DNA of 64,000 bases, taken from Malacoraja senta (Eukaryota). The stretch lies in contig CM075982.1 of assembly GCA_038087875.1 (NCBI GenBank), forward strand, positions 43,524,001 through 43,588,000, written 5' to 3'. Position numbers and translations under genes: made by a program. The notes under the pieces were generated by a model that was not told the origin of the DNA, searched no databases, and saw nothing but the letters and a program-made list of their open reading frames with translations. Each line of letters starts with the position of its first letter. The first letter of the stretch is position 1. Below, one piece after another: positions 1 to 12,758 of this stretch.

Positions 1-491
1 ATATTATCTGTTATTTTTGGGATGTTTATAGTGTCAATGTTGTTTAGTATGAAGACCGATCCAAATGAATAAGAATGAAACTAAAAAGAACTGTATTTGC
101 TGGAAATGAGAAATAAAAGCAGAAATCACTGAAAACACTCAGCAGGTCAAGCAACAAATGTAGAAAGAAATAGTGGGAATTGCCAGTTCATCTGAGGGCT
201 TCCAGTATTTTCCGTAGCTTATTACAATCTATTCTCTTTTTTTGTACATGTAGAAGCTATCTTTAACAGTTTTAACATTATTTGCTAATTTACACTATGC
301 CATTTTCTCCTCATTTTTCTTCATCATCCTTTCCAGGAAATTAGAAAATTTCCCAATCTTTTGGGATGCCACCGATTTTTGCCACATTTGTATGTCTTTA
401 AATTGATACTCAAATCATGTCTAATTTATGGTCATGTGCATAAGTACTGCGAGGTACGGGTAAAATGAAAATCCTGCTTGCAGTAACGTAA

Positions 492-1000
492 AGGGGCTGT
501 CCCACTGCGGCGACCTAATGGCGAGTTTAGAAGAGTTTGCCCTCAACTCATACTCGCAGCATGGTCGACACGAGGTCCTAGGAGGTCTTTGTAACTCTCC
601 TTCATGCTCGAGAGTAGTCCCCGCATACTTGAGGCAGCTAGGTCGCGGCATATTTTTCAACATGCTGTAAAATGCCCGCGAGTAAAAAAAAACGTTGCCA
701 TGGAAAAAAATTGATTTTTTAAAAACTCGTTGGTTTAGTCGAAGTAAGTCGGTGTTATTCGTAGGTAGTCGAGGGTAGTCGTAGATAGTCTTCAACATAG
801 TCGAAGGAGATCGAAGGAGGTCGTCTTCACTCTCCACTATTCGGTGTTCAATTTTCCCAAAGCTAGTCGAAGCTAGTCTTCAACATAGTCGAAGGAGTGC
901 GAAGGAAGTCTTCTACATAGTCGAAGGAGGTCTTCAACATGACATTTTTTGAAACTCTCCTAAACTCGCCAATTAGGTCGCCGCAGTAGGACAGCCCCTT
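492..1000. mobile_element. Non-autonomous PIF/Harbinger-like MITE
   Basis: TIRs AGGGGCTGTCCCACTGCGGCGACCTAA / TTAGGTCGCCGCAGTAGGACAGCCCCT, TAA flanks, internal repeats of TCTTCAACATAGTCGAAGGA. Confidence 0.75.
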
Positions 1001-1746
1001 TAAAGGCATATAGTCTCAAACTAACACAGAAACATAAATTATCCATTTTGTACATAATTCATCAGTACTTAGCAAAGAATGCTGTTTGCTGAGCAAGATT
1101 GACTTGGGGAGCTTTTGAACTACCTGCCTGGTCAACCATCATTCCTCAGAAACCCACGTATTAACATCAGCGCTTAGTGCACAGTGTTGCCTTCAGCTGA
1201 TGACACGTCTCAGTCATAGTCGTTCATGTTATGGGTAAACCATTTAGTGATGTCCAAAGCCTACAGACATTTTGTATTTGTTCGTTTGAAAAACGTTATT
1301 GAGGACCTGCCCTTCTATCAAGGGAGTAGTAAAAAGTGTATTTCCAATGGCTTAAGAGGCTGAATTGCAGACTGTGTGTGGTTTCCAGTTCGTTTCTGTA
1401 TGTAGCATGGAAAAAAAGCAATGAATGCTGTAGAACTCTCAGTTGAGAGTAAATTCTATCCTTGCAGGAATGGTGGTTTTTCTCAAATCTAAAGAGGGCT
1501 TGTATAGATTTTTTGAGAATTGGACAAAGTGATTCATTCATTTAATTCCCTGTGGAAAATTAAGCTGTGTAACACAGAAGCCCTGAAGTTTCTTTAATGG
1601 AATGTTATGTAACCATTTAATATGCTGTGAATTCTGTGGTTGAAATGCTACACAGCAGTCACTCATTTCTTCAGTCGGCTGGTAATGCCCTTTCTCTTCA
1701 TGTTTTTGTCAACCTGAAGATGATGCCCCATGAAAGTAAACACTAA

Positions 1747-2450
1747 AGGGGCTGTCCCACTGCGGCGACCTAATCTGCGAGTTTAGATGAGTTTGCCCTC
1801 AAACTCGCAGCATGGTCGACACGTGGTCCTCGGAGGTCCTATGAGGTCACTGGAACTCTCCTTCATGCTCGAGGGAAGTTCCCAAATACTCGCGGCCTCA
1901 GCCAGGTCGCTGAAAAATTTTCCACGAGTAAAATTTGGTCGGCATGGTTCTTTTTAACTCATAGTGCAGTGGAGTGGAATCGCTATTTAGTTATAGGCAG
2001 ACGAGGGCAGACGAGGGTAGCCGTAGGCAATCTCCTTCGCTGACTGGGCATTTTGATTGGCTCATTGGAGTTTTCAGGACCCAGGAAAACCGACCGGTAG
2101 TTAAAATGCCTGCTAAACTTTATTATACTTCTTAAAAGTGTCTCCACTCCTCCCCCCCTTCTCTCCCCCTCTCTCCCCTTCGCTCCTCCCCCTCCGCGCT
2201 CCCTAAAGGACTTACCGTACACTGTGCAGCCGTCTTTCCTTCCTCTTCATCGCGGGTCTGAATTTCAGACCGTGCTCCCCCGCCTTTGCGATGTGTTTGT
2301 GTGTGTGTGTGCGGTCGGTCGATCCAGCTCGCGGTTTCAACGCTGACAGTCGATGCAGCTCGAGGTTTTCCAGGCGAGTGCCCTCGCACTTGAAGGTGGA
2401 AGACACTCTTCTTAACTCGCAGATTAGGTCGCCGCAGCGGGACAGCCCCT
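1747..2450. mobile_element. Non-autonomous PIF/Harbinger-like MITE (same TIR family)
   Basis: TIRs AGGGGCTGTCCCACTGCGGCGACCTAATCTGCGAGTT / AACTCGCAGATTAGGTCGCCGCAGCGGGACAGCCCCT; 3-bp TSD TAA at 1744-1746 and 2451-2453. Confidence 0.8.
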
Positions 2451-2776
2451 TAACATGGCACTTGCACTGAATTTTAATGCACTGAATTTTGCATGACATG
2501 TATAAATGATGTCATGCAATAGTAATCTTTATTTGTAGTTATTTACATTCATCATTTTAGCTTAAGCTCGATATGTAAAAGGTGATTTATGTAGCAAATT
2601 GTATGTGCTTACAATGAAAGTGATTAGTGAAGCAGTTCTGTGGAAAACCAATAATAATGTGGATATCCTCAGAATTAAATTTGGATCACTGGTTAAGCAC
2701 CCCATGTCAGAATATCCAAATTTGCAGTGACTTTTAAGTCACTTTGATCATTTTTGGAGTCATAATGTCATACAGC

Positions 2777-3411
2777 GGAAGATGGTCCAGAACTAAATGT
2801 GTTTCAAAAGAAACTAATGGACTATGGGTTAATAACTGGAAAAAAGCTAATTCTAAAATTTTGGAAGAAGGCTCCAATACCAACTATAAATATGTGGATT
2901 TCAAATATGTTTGAAACATTACACCTAGAAGAGATAAGACTCCTCCTAGCAGGTAAACCAGATCACTTCCACCTGACGTGGTCTGCATTTATAGAATTAT
3001 TACAAACATAGGGTGCAAAAGTACTTAAAAAAAAAAAAATTGAGGTCAGGTAAGGGGGGGATGATAGTTGAAGAGTTGGTATGTCCCATTTACGTAATGC
3101 TCATAAAAATATTTGTTTCTCTCTTTTTCCTCTTTCTCTTGCTCTTTCTCTCCTAGGGTCTATTTCTTAACTCTTTTTCTTTTGTTTTTAATTTTGCTCT
3201 TATAGGGTCTTCGTCCTTTTTTGTTGTCACATTTCCTACACTTTCACTTTTTCCTTCACTTTCTTCTTTCTTTCAATCTTTTCCTTTTCTAGTGTAAAAA
3301 ATAAATGGAGTACATTAATTGTAAGAAGATATAAATGACGAGTACTAATGTATGTGGTTGTAATGTAATGTACTTCTAATAAATAAAAATTAAAAAAAAA
3401 TAATAATAATA
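2777..3411 (+). mobile_element. 5'-truncated L1/Tx1-like LINE (ORF2 C-terminus, 3'UTR, A/TAA tail)
   Basis: ORF 2799-3011 resembles fish L1 ORF2 ends (KKLILKFWK..P....W...M..L.LE.I); AATAAA plus A-rich tail; 15-bp TSD ATAATGTCATACAGC at 2762-2776 and 3412-3426. Confidence 0.8.
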
Positions 3412-5397
3412 ATAATGTCATACAGCATGGAAATAGGCCCTTCGGCTCAACATGTCCACGCTGACCAACATGCCCCATCTACACTCGTCCCACCTCTCCG
3501 GGTTTGGCCCATAATCCTCTAAACCTATCCTATCCATGTACCTGTCTAATTGTTTCTTAAATGTTTAACCTGCATTTTTCTCTCTCCTTTTAAGTAGCAG
3601 CTACTTTGAACTCATTAATTTCCTCATATTAAATCTTTAAGTTTCACCATGAATTTCACCCCAAGCCCGTCCATTTAGCAACCTCTGCATTTTCCTTTGC
3701 CATTAAGCCAGACCTATTCCAATTTTTCCTCCTCCTGTTGCTCAGAATGAATTTCTCTCCCATGTCCCTCCACCTACCTTTTTTGAGTTTACCTGTTCAT
3801 AAAACCCACCTCTGCTCCTTCAGCTAAATATTCAACCACCCTAAGATTCAAGGCTGGCTAATTGTGGAGTTCCACTTCGTCCAGTGCATTTCCTCTTCCC
3901 TAAACAGCTCCCACATTTCCTCTTCCCAAAACAACTCCCACCACCATATCCTTCTCATCTTTTCCCACAAATTCCCATTCTATTTCTAATGTGCTGGGGG
4001 TTTTATTCCTCCTTCAAATTGCAGCTGTCTTCTCGTTCATGTCTATTTTACCTACAACTCTGTTTAAGATTTTGGAAATATCCCCAACAGAATTGGGATT
4101 GAAAGCAAGATGAATTATCCCACCTTCACTTCTAATGTTCTCAATACTTCCAGTTACTTCCGTCCTATCATAGTGTGGCTCTCCAAAGTGCTGTGTTTGA
4201 TTAATTCTTCCTAATTTGTATGCTGTCCCCTTGGCAGCAACATCTGCAGATATGGAGCAGAGTGGTATAAGCCCACAGGTCCATAACGGTTTGTAACTTT
4301 ATATGTACGATAGCTCCTCTGCGCTCATTCTCTTTCAGGCAATTTTTCCCTTTCGTTTTCCATTTCACTCTGACAATTTTGCTCCAATTCAGAGCCTGCA
4401 TGACCTATTCAGTTATTTTCTTTGCATGCCTATGAAAGTTTCTTCATTTGGTGAGGTGTGGGGATTTTGACATGTATGGTGTGGGTGGGAATTGAGCAGC
4501 TGTGGCAGAGCAAGTGCGAAATATTTACTTGAACTAAAGGTCTATTACTTATAAATTTAATGGAACTTGTGTGTTTGTTCCTATTACTTGCTGTCTACAC
4601 CTTCTAATTCTTCTGACAGTCGGCTTTTTGCCAAGATGAAAATGTATGACATGGGCATTACCTGCTGGCTTTCAAGGGCTTGTTTATTCCTGTACATTTG
4701 GTTTCCTGCTCAATTTTTAGCTGTGCATTGAATTATTTTAATTTCTGGTTGTACCTCCTGAGATTTTTATGTTTCCGTTCAGTTGAATGTATTGTGTTCA
4801 GTCATATGTTTTATCATCGTTGTCATGTTAAACATTCTTTCTGTTCACGCGCATTGGATATTTGCTGGGATTAATACATCTGATTTAATGTTCGGTGGTA
4901 CCCTTTAACTTGCCGCTAATACCATTGTTGATTATGCTTCCTATGGTGACCTTGCAGTAATTTGATAACATACCCTTTAAAAAAAAAGCAATAAATACAA
5001 AAATGGCATGTGATTGCTACTTGCATATTTTTTAAATATTTTATTTTTAAGTCTCCACAATCTTCTTTAGTCTTTTGTGCAGTCCCCAGTTATTTTGCCC
5101 TGCTCCTGACAGAGCTCTTTAGCTCTGTCCTTTCCAAATTTAGCAATTCTGCTGAATTCAAACCTATTGTCCAAGTTGCTTCTTAAAATGTTTCGCTTTC
5201 ACCAAGCTTTAGAAGCCTGTCATTATCTCATAGTGACACAGTGTGGAAACACGCCCTTCAGCCCAACTTGCCCACACCGGCCAACATTTCCCAGCTAGTC
5301 CCACCTCCCGCGTTTGGTCCATATCACTCCAAACCTGTCCTATCCATGTACCTGTCTAACTGTTTCTTAAATGTTGGGATAATCCCTGCCTCAACTA

Positions 5398-7031
5398 CAG
5401 TGCCCTCCATAATGTTTGGGACAAAGACCCATCATTTATTTATTTGCCTCTACTCCACAATGTGAGATTTGTAATAGAAAAAATCACATGTGGTTAAAGT
5501 GCACATTGTCAGATTTTAATAAAGGCCATTTTTATACATTTTGGTTTCACCATGTAAAAATTACAGCAGTGTTTATAATAGTCCCCCCATTTCAGGGCAC
5601 CATAATGTTTGGGACACAGCAATGTCATGTAAATGAAAGTAGTCATGTTTAGTATTTTGTTGCATATCCTGTGCATTCAATGACTGCTTGAAGTCTGCGA
5701 TTCATGGACATCACCAGTTGCTGGGTGTCTTCTCTGGTGATGCTCTGCCAGGCCTGTATTACAGCCATCTTTAACATATGCTTGTTTAGGGGGCAAGTCC
5801 TCTTCAGTTTTCTCTTCAGCATATAGAAGAGATTGGGTTCAGTTTGGGTAGGGATTGACTTGGCCACTCAAGAATGGACCATTTTGTAGCTTTGAATAAC
5901 TCCTTTGTTGCTTTAGCAGTATGTTTGGGATCATTGTCTTGCTGGAGAATGAACTGCCGGCCAATGAGTTTTGAAGCATTTGTTTGAACTTGAGCAGATA
6001 GGATGTGTCTATACACTTCAGAATTCATTATGCTACTACCATCAGCAGTTGTATCATCAATGAAGATAAGTGAGCCAGTAACTTCAGCAGCCATACATGC
6101 CCAGGCCATAACACCCCCACCACCGTGTTTCACAGATGAGGTGGTATGCTTTGGATCTTGGGCAGTTCCTTCTCTCCTCCATACTTTGCTTTTGCCATCA
6201 CTCTGATATAAGTTAATCTTCATCTCATCTGTCCACAAGATCTTTTTCCAGAACTGTGGTTGCTCTTTTAAGTACTTCTTGGCAAACTGTAACCTGGCCA
6301 TCCTATTTTTGCAGCTAACCAGTGGTTTGCATCATGCAGTGTAGCCTCTGTATTTCTGTTCATGATGTCTTCTGCGGACAGTCGTCATTGACAAATCCAC
6401 TCCTGAAGAGTGTTTCTGATCTGTCGGACAGGTGTTTGGGGATTTTACTTTATTATAGAGAGAATTCTTCTGTCATCAGCTGTGGAGGTTTTCCTTGGCC
6501 TGCCAGTCCCTTTGCGATTAGTAAGCTCACCAGTGCTCTCTTCTTAATGATGTTCCAAACAGTTGATTTTGGGAAGCCTAATGTTTGGCTGATGTCTCTA
6601 ACAGTTTTATTCTTGTTTCTCAGTCTCAAAATGGGTTCTTTGTCTTTCATTGGCACAACTTTGGTCCTCATGTTGATAAACAGCAATAAAAGTTTCCAAA
6701 TGTGATGGAAAGGCTGGAGGAACGACTATGTGCGGAGAGCTCTCTAATACCTGCATTAAGGAGGCAATTAAAGATACCTGAGCAATTACAAACACCTCTG
6801 AAGCCATGTGTTCCAAACATTATGGTGCCCTGAAATGGGGGGACTATGTATAAACACAGCTGTCATTTCTGCATGGTGAAACCAAAATATATAAAAATAC
6901 CCTTTAATAAAATCTGACAATGTGCACATTAGCCACATGTGATTCTTTTCTATTACAAATCTCAAATTGTAGAGTACAGAGACAAATAAATAAATGATGG
7001 GTCTTTGTCCCAAACATTATGGAGGACACTG
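5398..7031 (-). mobile_element. Full-length (1634 bp) degenerate Tc1-like transposon, IR/DR type
   Basis: TA TSDs at 5396-97 and 7032-33; ~215 bp TIRs starting CAGTGCCCTCCATAATGTTTGGGAC, with an internal direct repeat CATAATGTTTGGGA. Confidence 0.95.
5649..6671 (-). pseudogene. Frameshifted Tc1 transposase
   Basis: HTH (VRDISQTLGFPKSTVWNIIKK), WTDE, VKHGGGGVMAWAC, QQDNDPKHTAK, WPSQS..LNPI and C-terminal GYATKY* spread over several frames. The SPDLNPIE glutamate is lost. Confidence 0.9.
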
Positions 7032-8649
7032 TATCCCCTTTGACAGCTTCTTGCATACACCCACTACCCTTTGTGTGGAAAAAGTGCATGTCTATTTTTA
7101 TCTGCAATATTTTTTTTAATTATTTTAGCGTTGAAGCTGGTGTTGTAATTGCTGCATACAATCTTGTCAATGAATAGAACCTTGCCATAATTTAAGGGCT
7201 GAAGATGAATTAAACTTCGAATTAAGTTTTGAATTCCCTAACAGTTCATATAATGTGTCCCCAAAACACTGCATTTCCAGCATGTAAATTTCTACGTAGT
7301 TCTTGATAGTTTCTTAGGAAAGAATGGGGGGGAAATATTAGCACTGCGGTTATAGGTTTGCTTGTTTGCAACATTTCTAAATAGTAGTTTCCATGAACGA
7401 TCACTCTGTTGTTGCGTAACATTGTTCTTTTACACCTGCGCTGTTAACTCGTAAGTGCTGTATTGTTTTTGTAAAGTGTTAAACTTTCATTTAATATCAG
7501 TTCAGTTTTGCATTAAAACAATACCTGGATTATAATTTTCAAAATCTAATTAGATGCCTTATAATGAAAACGTCCTCTTGGTCAAATATTAATAGTCTTT
7601 CAGATTTGTTCCAATTAGGAATTATATTAAAGATTAAAGGCCAGGATGGAATTTTTTCTTTAACCTTTGGTTTAGATCCAAACTTTGGGTCAGAGATTGA
7701 AGTTTCCTCATTAATCATTAATACTCAGTTTTTTATAGTAATGTTTTATTGCCCTGACTTGCAGTGTCAGTCCGAGGCGTTGTGAGACTGATGCTCAGGT
7801 GTGGCTTTCTGCTGATATTGGACTTGGAAACCTTTCTCAGAATGCCCACCACCATCTGGACATGAAATTACGTTGCTGTTTCTCTGCGGTTGGTATGTCT
7901 CTGACTTCTGTACTAAATGCTGGAAACCAATGTGGAATAATTGTGAGATATATTTTTTTGTTTTGATATATAGTTGTGCTGAATTCATGTGCCACACTTG
8001 TACAGTTGCATAATTTGAAAATATAAATATTAAGAATGCAAAAATTAATTTGAGCTACTTTAAGTTATTAAATATGTCATCTTTCATTTGTCATAAAATA
8101 TATGTTGTGCATTTACCATTCCTCTCCCTAAACTGAATTATGGAAACTCATTTATACTTGCTTTCCTCTCTCTTCCTCGGGCAAGTTGCCAAACCACTCT
8201 CATTGATGTCTTCCTCATTCTTACGTGGAAGAGAGGAACTTGTCATGTGGAGAATTCTGAGCATAAAACTTGTATTCTAGTGTTGTATTGCAGTGATTTA
8301 GTGCATCGGTACACTGTCTTGGCGTGTCTTAAAAATTATGCTGCCAGGTTCACTGGGGAGTTGAGCTCGTGACAGCCTAAATGGATCAGGAACTTGATCA
8401 ACAGAAAAATTAAATGAACTGAATCTGGAAAATAATTGCACCTCCTAGACTGAGGCTGTGATTGTAAGCTGCATCTTTTAAACTACTGAACACGCATTAT
8501 CTACATTTGTAATTTGTATGTTGATAACTGTTATACGTTTTCCCTTCTGAACTACCATATTGCACTGTATGGAAAATATCGCCATTGCTTCAATTGGATG
8601 TGAATGACAATATAATCCCAGTTCCTGAAGCTGATATCAGAGGATCCTG

Positions 8650-9920
8650 AGGAATTCTCAGAAAACACCCGGCCCTGATGGTGTGTGTACCTGGCCATGT
8701 TCTTAAAACCTGCGCATACCAACTGCCTGGTAGACATCTTCAACTCTCATTACTGAGGTCTGAGGATCCCACCTGCTTTAAAAGGACATCAGTAATGGCG
8801 GTGCCCAAGAAGAGTAAGGTGACATACCTCAATGACAACTGACCAGTGGCACTAATGTTCATGGTGATAAAGTGCTGTGTGACATTGGTTATGATGCTTT
8901 ACCAACTCCAGCCTTATTTTGGACCTAGACCGACTACAATTCACCTGCCACCACAATAGATCATCAGTGGATGTGATCTTACTGGGTCTCCATTTTGCAC
9001 GAGACCACTTGGATCATAGGAGCACTTATCAGGCTGTCATTCATCTACTCCAGCTCAGCATTCAACACCATTGTCCCCTCCAAAACTATCTGACTTTGAG
9101 AACTGGGTCTCTGCCTGTCCCGATGTAATTGGATCCTCGACTTTCTCGTCGAATGACTACAATAAGTACGAATTACCGACAATTCATCCTCTTTAAATTC
9201 ACTGATGATACCACCATTGTGTGGAGTGCAGGAGAGAGATTGACAATCTGAATGATGGAAGAACAACATTCTTGCTCTCAATATTAGCAAGACCAAAGAG
9301 TTGATTGGTGAGTTAAGGAAGGGAAAATAGGGGATTCACAAACATGTCTTCATCATCAAGATGATGGTATAGAGAATTAATGACTTCAAGTTCCTGGGTG
9401 TGCAAATCTCTAATGATATGTCCTGGGCCCAGCACATTGATGCAATTGCAAAGAAAACCCATCACACCTCCGCTTCCTTGGAAGATTGAGGAGATTTGGT
9501 ATGTTAACAAATACTCTTTTGAACTTCTGTAGGTATACGGTAGAAAGCATACTGACTGGTTGCATCACAGCGGGTTCTGCAACTCGAATGCCTAGAAATG
9601 AGGGAGGTTACATGAAGTGACAACATTGCCTGGTGCATCGCAGATACTTATCTCACCAACTTGAAAGGGATCTATAGGCGGCGCTTCCTCAAAAAGCCAG
9701 CCGATATCATCAAAGACCTACACCGTTCTGACCATGCTCTCATTTTGCTACCACTGTCGGGGAGAAGGTCCAGCAGGTTGCAAACAGTGATCAGCACTAT
9801 TATGGTTACCTAGTATTATTACTATTAATAATTGTACTATTATTGTATATTTATCTGTGTGATTGCATTACGCGCCTGTTAAGCTGCAGTCGGTACTAAA
9901 TGACAATTAAACACTTCAAC
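8650..9920 (+). mobile_element. Degenerate Rex1/Babar-like non-LTR retrotransposon fragment
   Basis: Decayed RT-region sequence (VPKK.KV..LND.RPVAL-like, FKFLGV, I.KK...L..LRRL.RF) with many stops; boundaries approximate. Confidence 0.6.
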
Positions 9921-12550
9921 CGTTATCTTTTAGCTTGAAGGGGGGAAGGGGAATGGGGGGGGGGGAGTAGAGTGTAATAGCAATTGTAGATTAGGAATGT
10001 ACAGAGGAAGGATTTTGAAATGAGCACAATGAAAAACAGGAGACTGGGACATGTACAAGTGAGAATTGGCAGCAAATAATGAATGTGAAGCAGAAATTTA
10101 TGTTTTCTAGAGATTGAGAAACAATTATCAACAATATTTGGAACATTGTTGCTGCATATTTTTGGAGACAACAGACAAATTTATATTGTAAGTTTGGACA
10201 TATCGTTGGAATGATCTGAATCGGCCTTGAAGATTTCTGTCGTGGATTCATTGACAAGGTTACAGATATTATCTTGGGAGATGAAGTAAAGACTGTTACT
10301 ACTTATGCAGGGCTTGTCCTTGAAGAAAACAATCTGATTTAGATTCCAATAGGTTGTTCCAGGATATAGGTACAGCAACATATTTCCAAATTGGAATAGT
10401 GCGCGACTTAGAAATTTGTGGGTGGAAATGTTTCCATGCCCCTACCGCCCCTATCCTTCCTGGTGGTAATGATTTCAAGTTTGAGGGCTCTCAAAGTATT
10501 TGCGTTGCATTTTACTCTGCAGCCACTGTGTGCCAATGACTAGGAAATGAATGGCATGCCAATTAAGCAGCTTTTTTGTTCTAGCTATTGTTGAGCTCAT
10601 TGAGTATTGTAGCTTCACTACATGAAGAATATTCCTCATTTGTTTTGTGGATGGTTGAAAGGATTAAGTGTGTAAGCAGGTGAACCATTCACTGTAAGAT
10701 ATCCCATTTTCGACATGTTCATGTGGCTAGTCCATTTGAGTTTCATGTCAATCGTGACTTCCAGAGTGTTGATGCTGGAGGGACTCGGCAACAGCTTTGC
10801 AATTCAATGTCAGGGGTTGGTGCTTTCAATATCATTAGTTGCAGATGTACATTTTACAGCACTAGTGTGGAACAGATGTTTGTTGCCACTTAACAGCCCA
10901 GAGTTGAAGGTTGTCCTGGTTTTGCCAATAGGGCTTCTCATTATGTTACAATTAGTCAGCCTTACAGCATCCAAGGTATGGGTTGTTTCACTTGCTGAGG
11001 GATTGTGAATCAAATTGGCAATTGTACATCATCAGCAACCATTTCCACTTCAGAACCTTGTGCTGGGAGAAAGGTCATTGATGAAGAAGCTGAAGATGGT
11101 GGTGCTTAGGACACTGCATGCCTTAAGAAACTTTTAACTGATGTCCCAAGAAATGTTTGATTGACTTCCAATGATCACAACCATTACATTTTGTGTGAGG
11201 TATGACCCCAACCACTGGAGTGTTTTTCCCTCAATGCCCATTGGCTTTAACTTTACCCAGACACCTTGATGCCACATTTGGTCAATGCTGTCTGGATATC
11301 AAAAGAAGTAACTGTCAAATGATCGGTGTTTGTGTAAAGACTGATGTGTACCAAGAGGTAGTCCTGGTGAATCCCAAACAGTGCATGGGGGGTGAGCAAT
11401 TATTGATGAGTAAGTACTTCTTGATAAATTGTTGATAATTGAGAGTAAATGAATTGGGTGGTAATTTGCCAGAATTGTTTCTTTTCTGTGATCAAGACAT
11501 TCCTAACATTCCACATTGTCTGGAAATGCCAGTGTTATAATTGTACTCAAACAGCTTAACTGAAGGCTCAGCAAGTTCTGGATTATGGGTTTTATTGCAG
11601 CTAAAATATTTTCTACTCTAGCAGCCTTTGCAGTTTCATTGCTCCGCCTTGCTTTGATTTATCACGTGGCTGAGAGCTGGCTTGGGGATCTCCGGAGGAA
11701 TCTAAGATAAATCTTCCTTTTGCACTTCTGACTGAACAAGTCTGCTTATGTATAGAAGCTAATCATATCTTGTATTAACGTGATACAAGCTGTCCTGACT
11801 GTAATTCTTATGGTTGCATATCAGTCCTGTTGAATGACTCTTGATCTCTGAGAGAAGCCTTGAAATGAAGAGCATGGCATCATATTGTTATCTAAAAATA
11901 AACTGGAGTAGTTTGGTGACCTTGATTAGGCTATTGTGCTGATTTTAAAGCTATCTGCCCAGTTGAAATTTAAAACATAGTATGGTGGTATTTAAAAAAA
12001 AAGCATACTATACAAAACATACTAAAATAAAACAAACATACAAGTACATGCAAATTCATTTAATCTTAGTAGCGTTTAAGAGACTGTTTGATATGCAGGG
12101 AATGGAGTTATATGGATCAAGTGCAGGCAGATGAGATGAATTTATCTTGGCATTTTGTTCAGATTATAATCTGACTGGGGTCTGAAGGGCATGTTCCTGT
12201 GCTTTACTTTTTGATGTTCTATGTTCCACGTATCTTTTTCCAACTTTTTAACAACATCTTAAACTCCTCCACTCCCCATCTCATTTGGCAGATGATATGA
12301 AGCTATTATCTCCTCTTAAGTAATCTTTCTTTAAGATTTGTCTTATCTGTATTTCAATAATTTGAAGTTGTATTCATTTATCGACTTCTGCTTCATTGCA
12401 TTCTGAATTATTTTTAGAAAATATCGCAGTTTCGTTATTGGTGTCCCTTATTTTTTAAATGTTTGTTCAGTCTTTTTATAATCTTGTACTTCATTTTATT
12501 CCTGTGATCATTCTTGCCGTTCTTTTCAACCTTTCCAATGCATTTAGGCA

Positions 12551-12758
12551 TTAAGACTGCTTGAATGTACAGCACAAGCAATAGAATAAAAGAACACAGA
12601 AGTAATGGCGAAACTTCAGACATGGTTCAACCAGACTGCTCCTTGTATAGCTGCACACTTCAATAAAGAGCAGTCTGATTGAACCATGTCTGAAGTTTCG
12701 GCATTACTTCTGTGTTCTTTTATTCTATTGCTTGTGCTGTACATTCAAGCAGTCTTAA
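12551..12758. repeat. Near-perfect inverted repeat / palindromic MITE (91-bp arms, 26-nt loop)
   Basis: 12551-12641 is the reverse complement of 12668-12758 with 2 mismatches; TTAA at both outer ends. Confidence 0.9.

Noticed and set aside
770-945. Regularly spaced ~20 bp repeats superficially like a CRISPR array
   Set aside because: Internal repeats of a MITE in eukaryotic DNA; no unique spacers or cas genes.
7765-7892. Possible non-coding 5'UTR exon (ctgac...gcag acceptor, GTATGT donor)
   Set aside because: Only splice-like signals, with no recognisable homology; needs transcript data.
10380-11750. Possible old LINE remnant on the minus strand
   Set aside because: Too decayed to classify or bound by eye.
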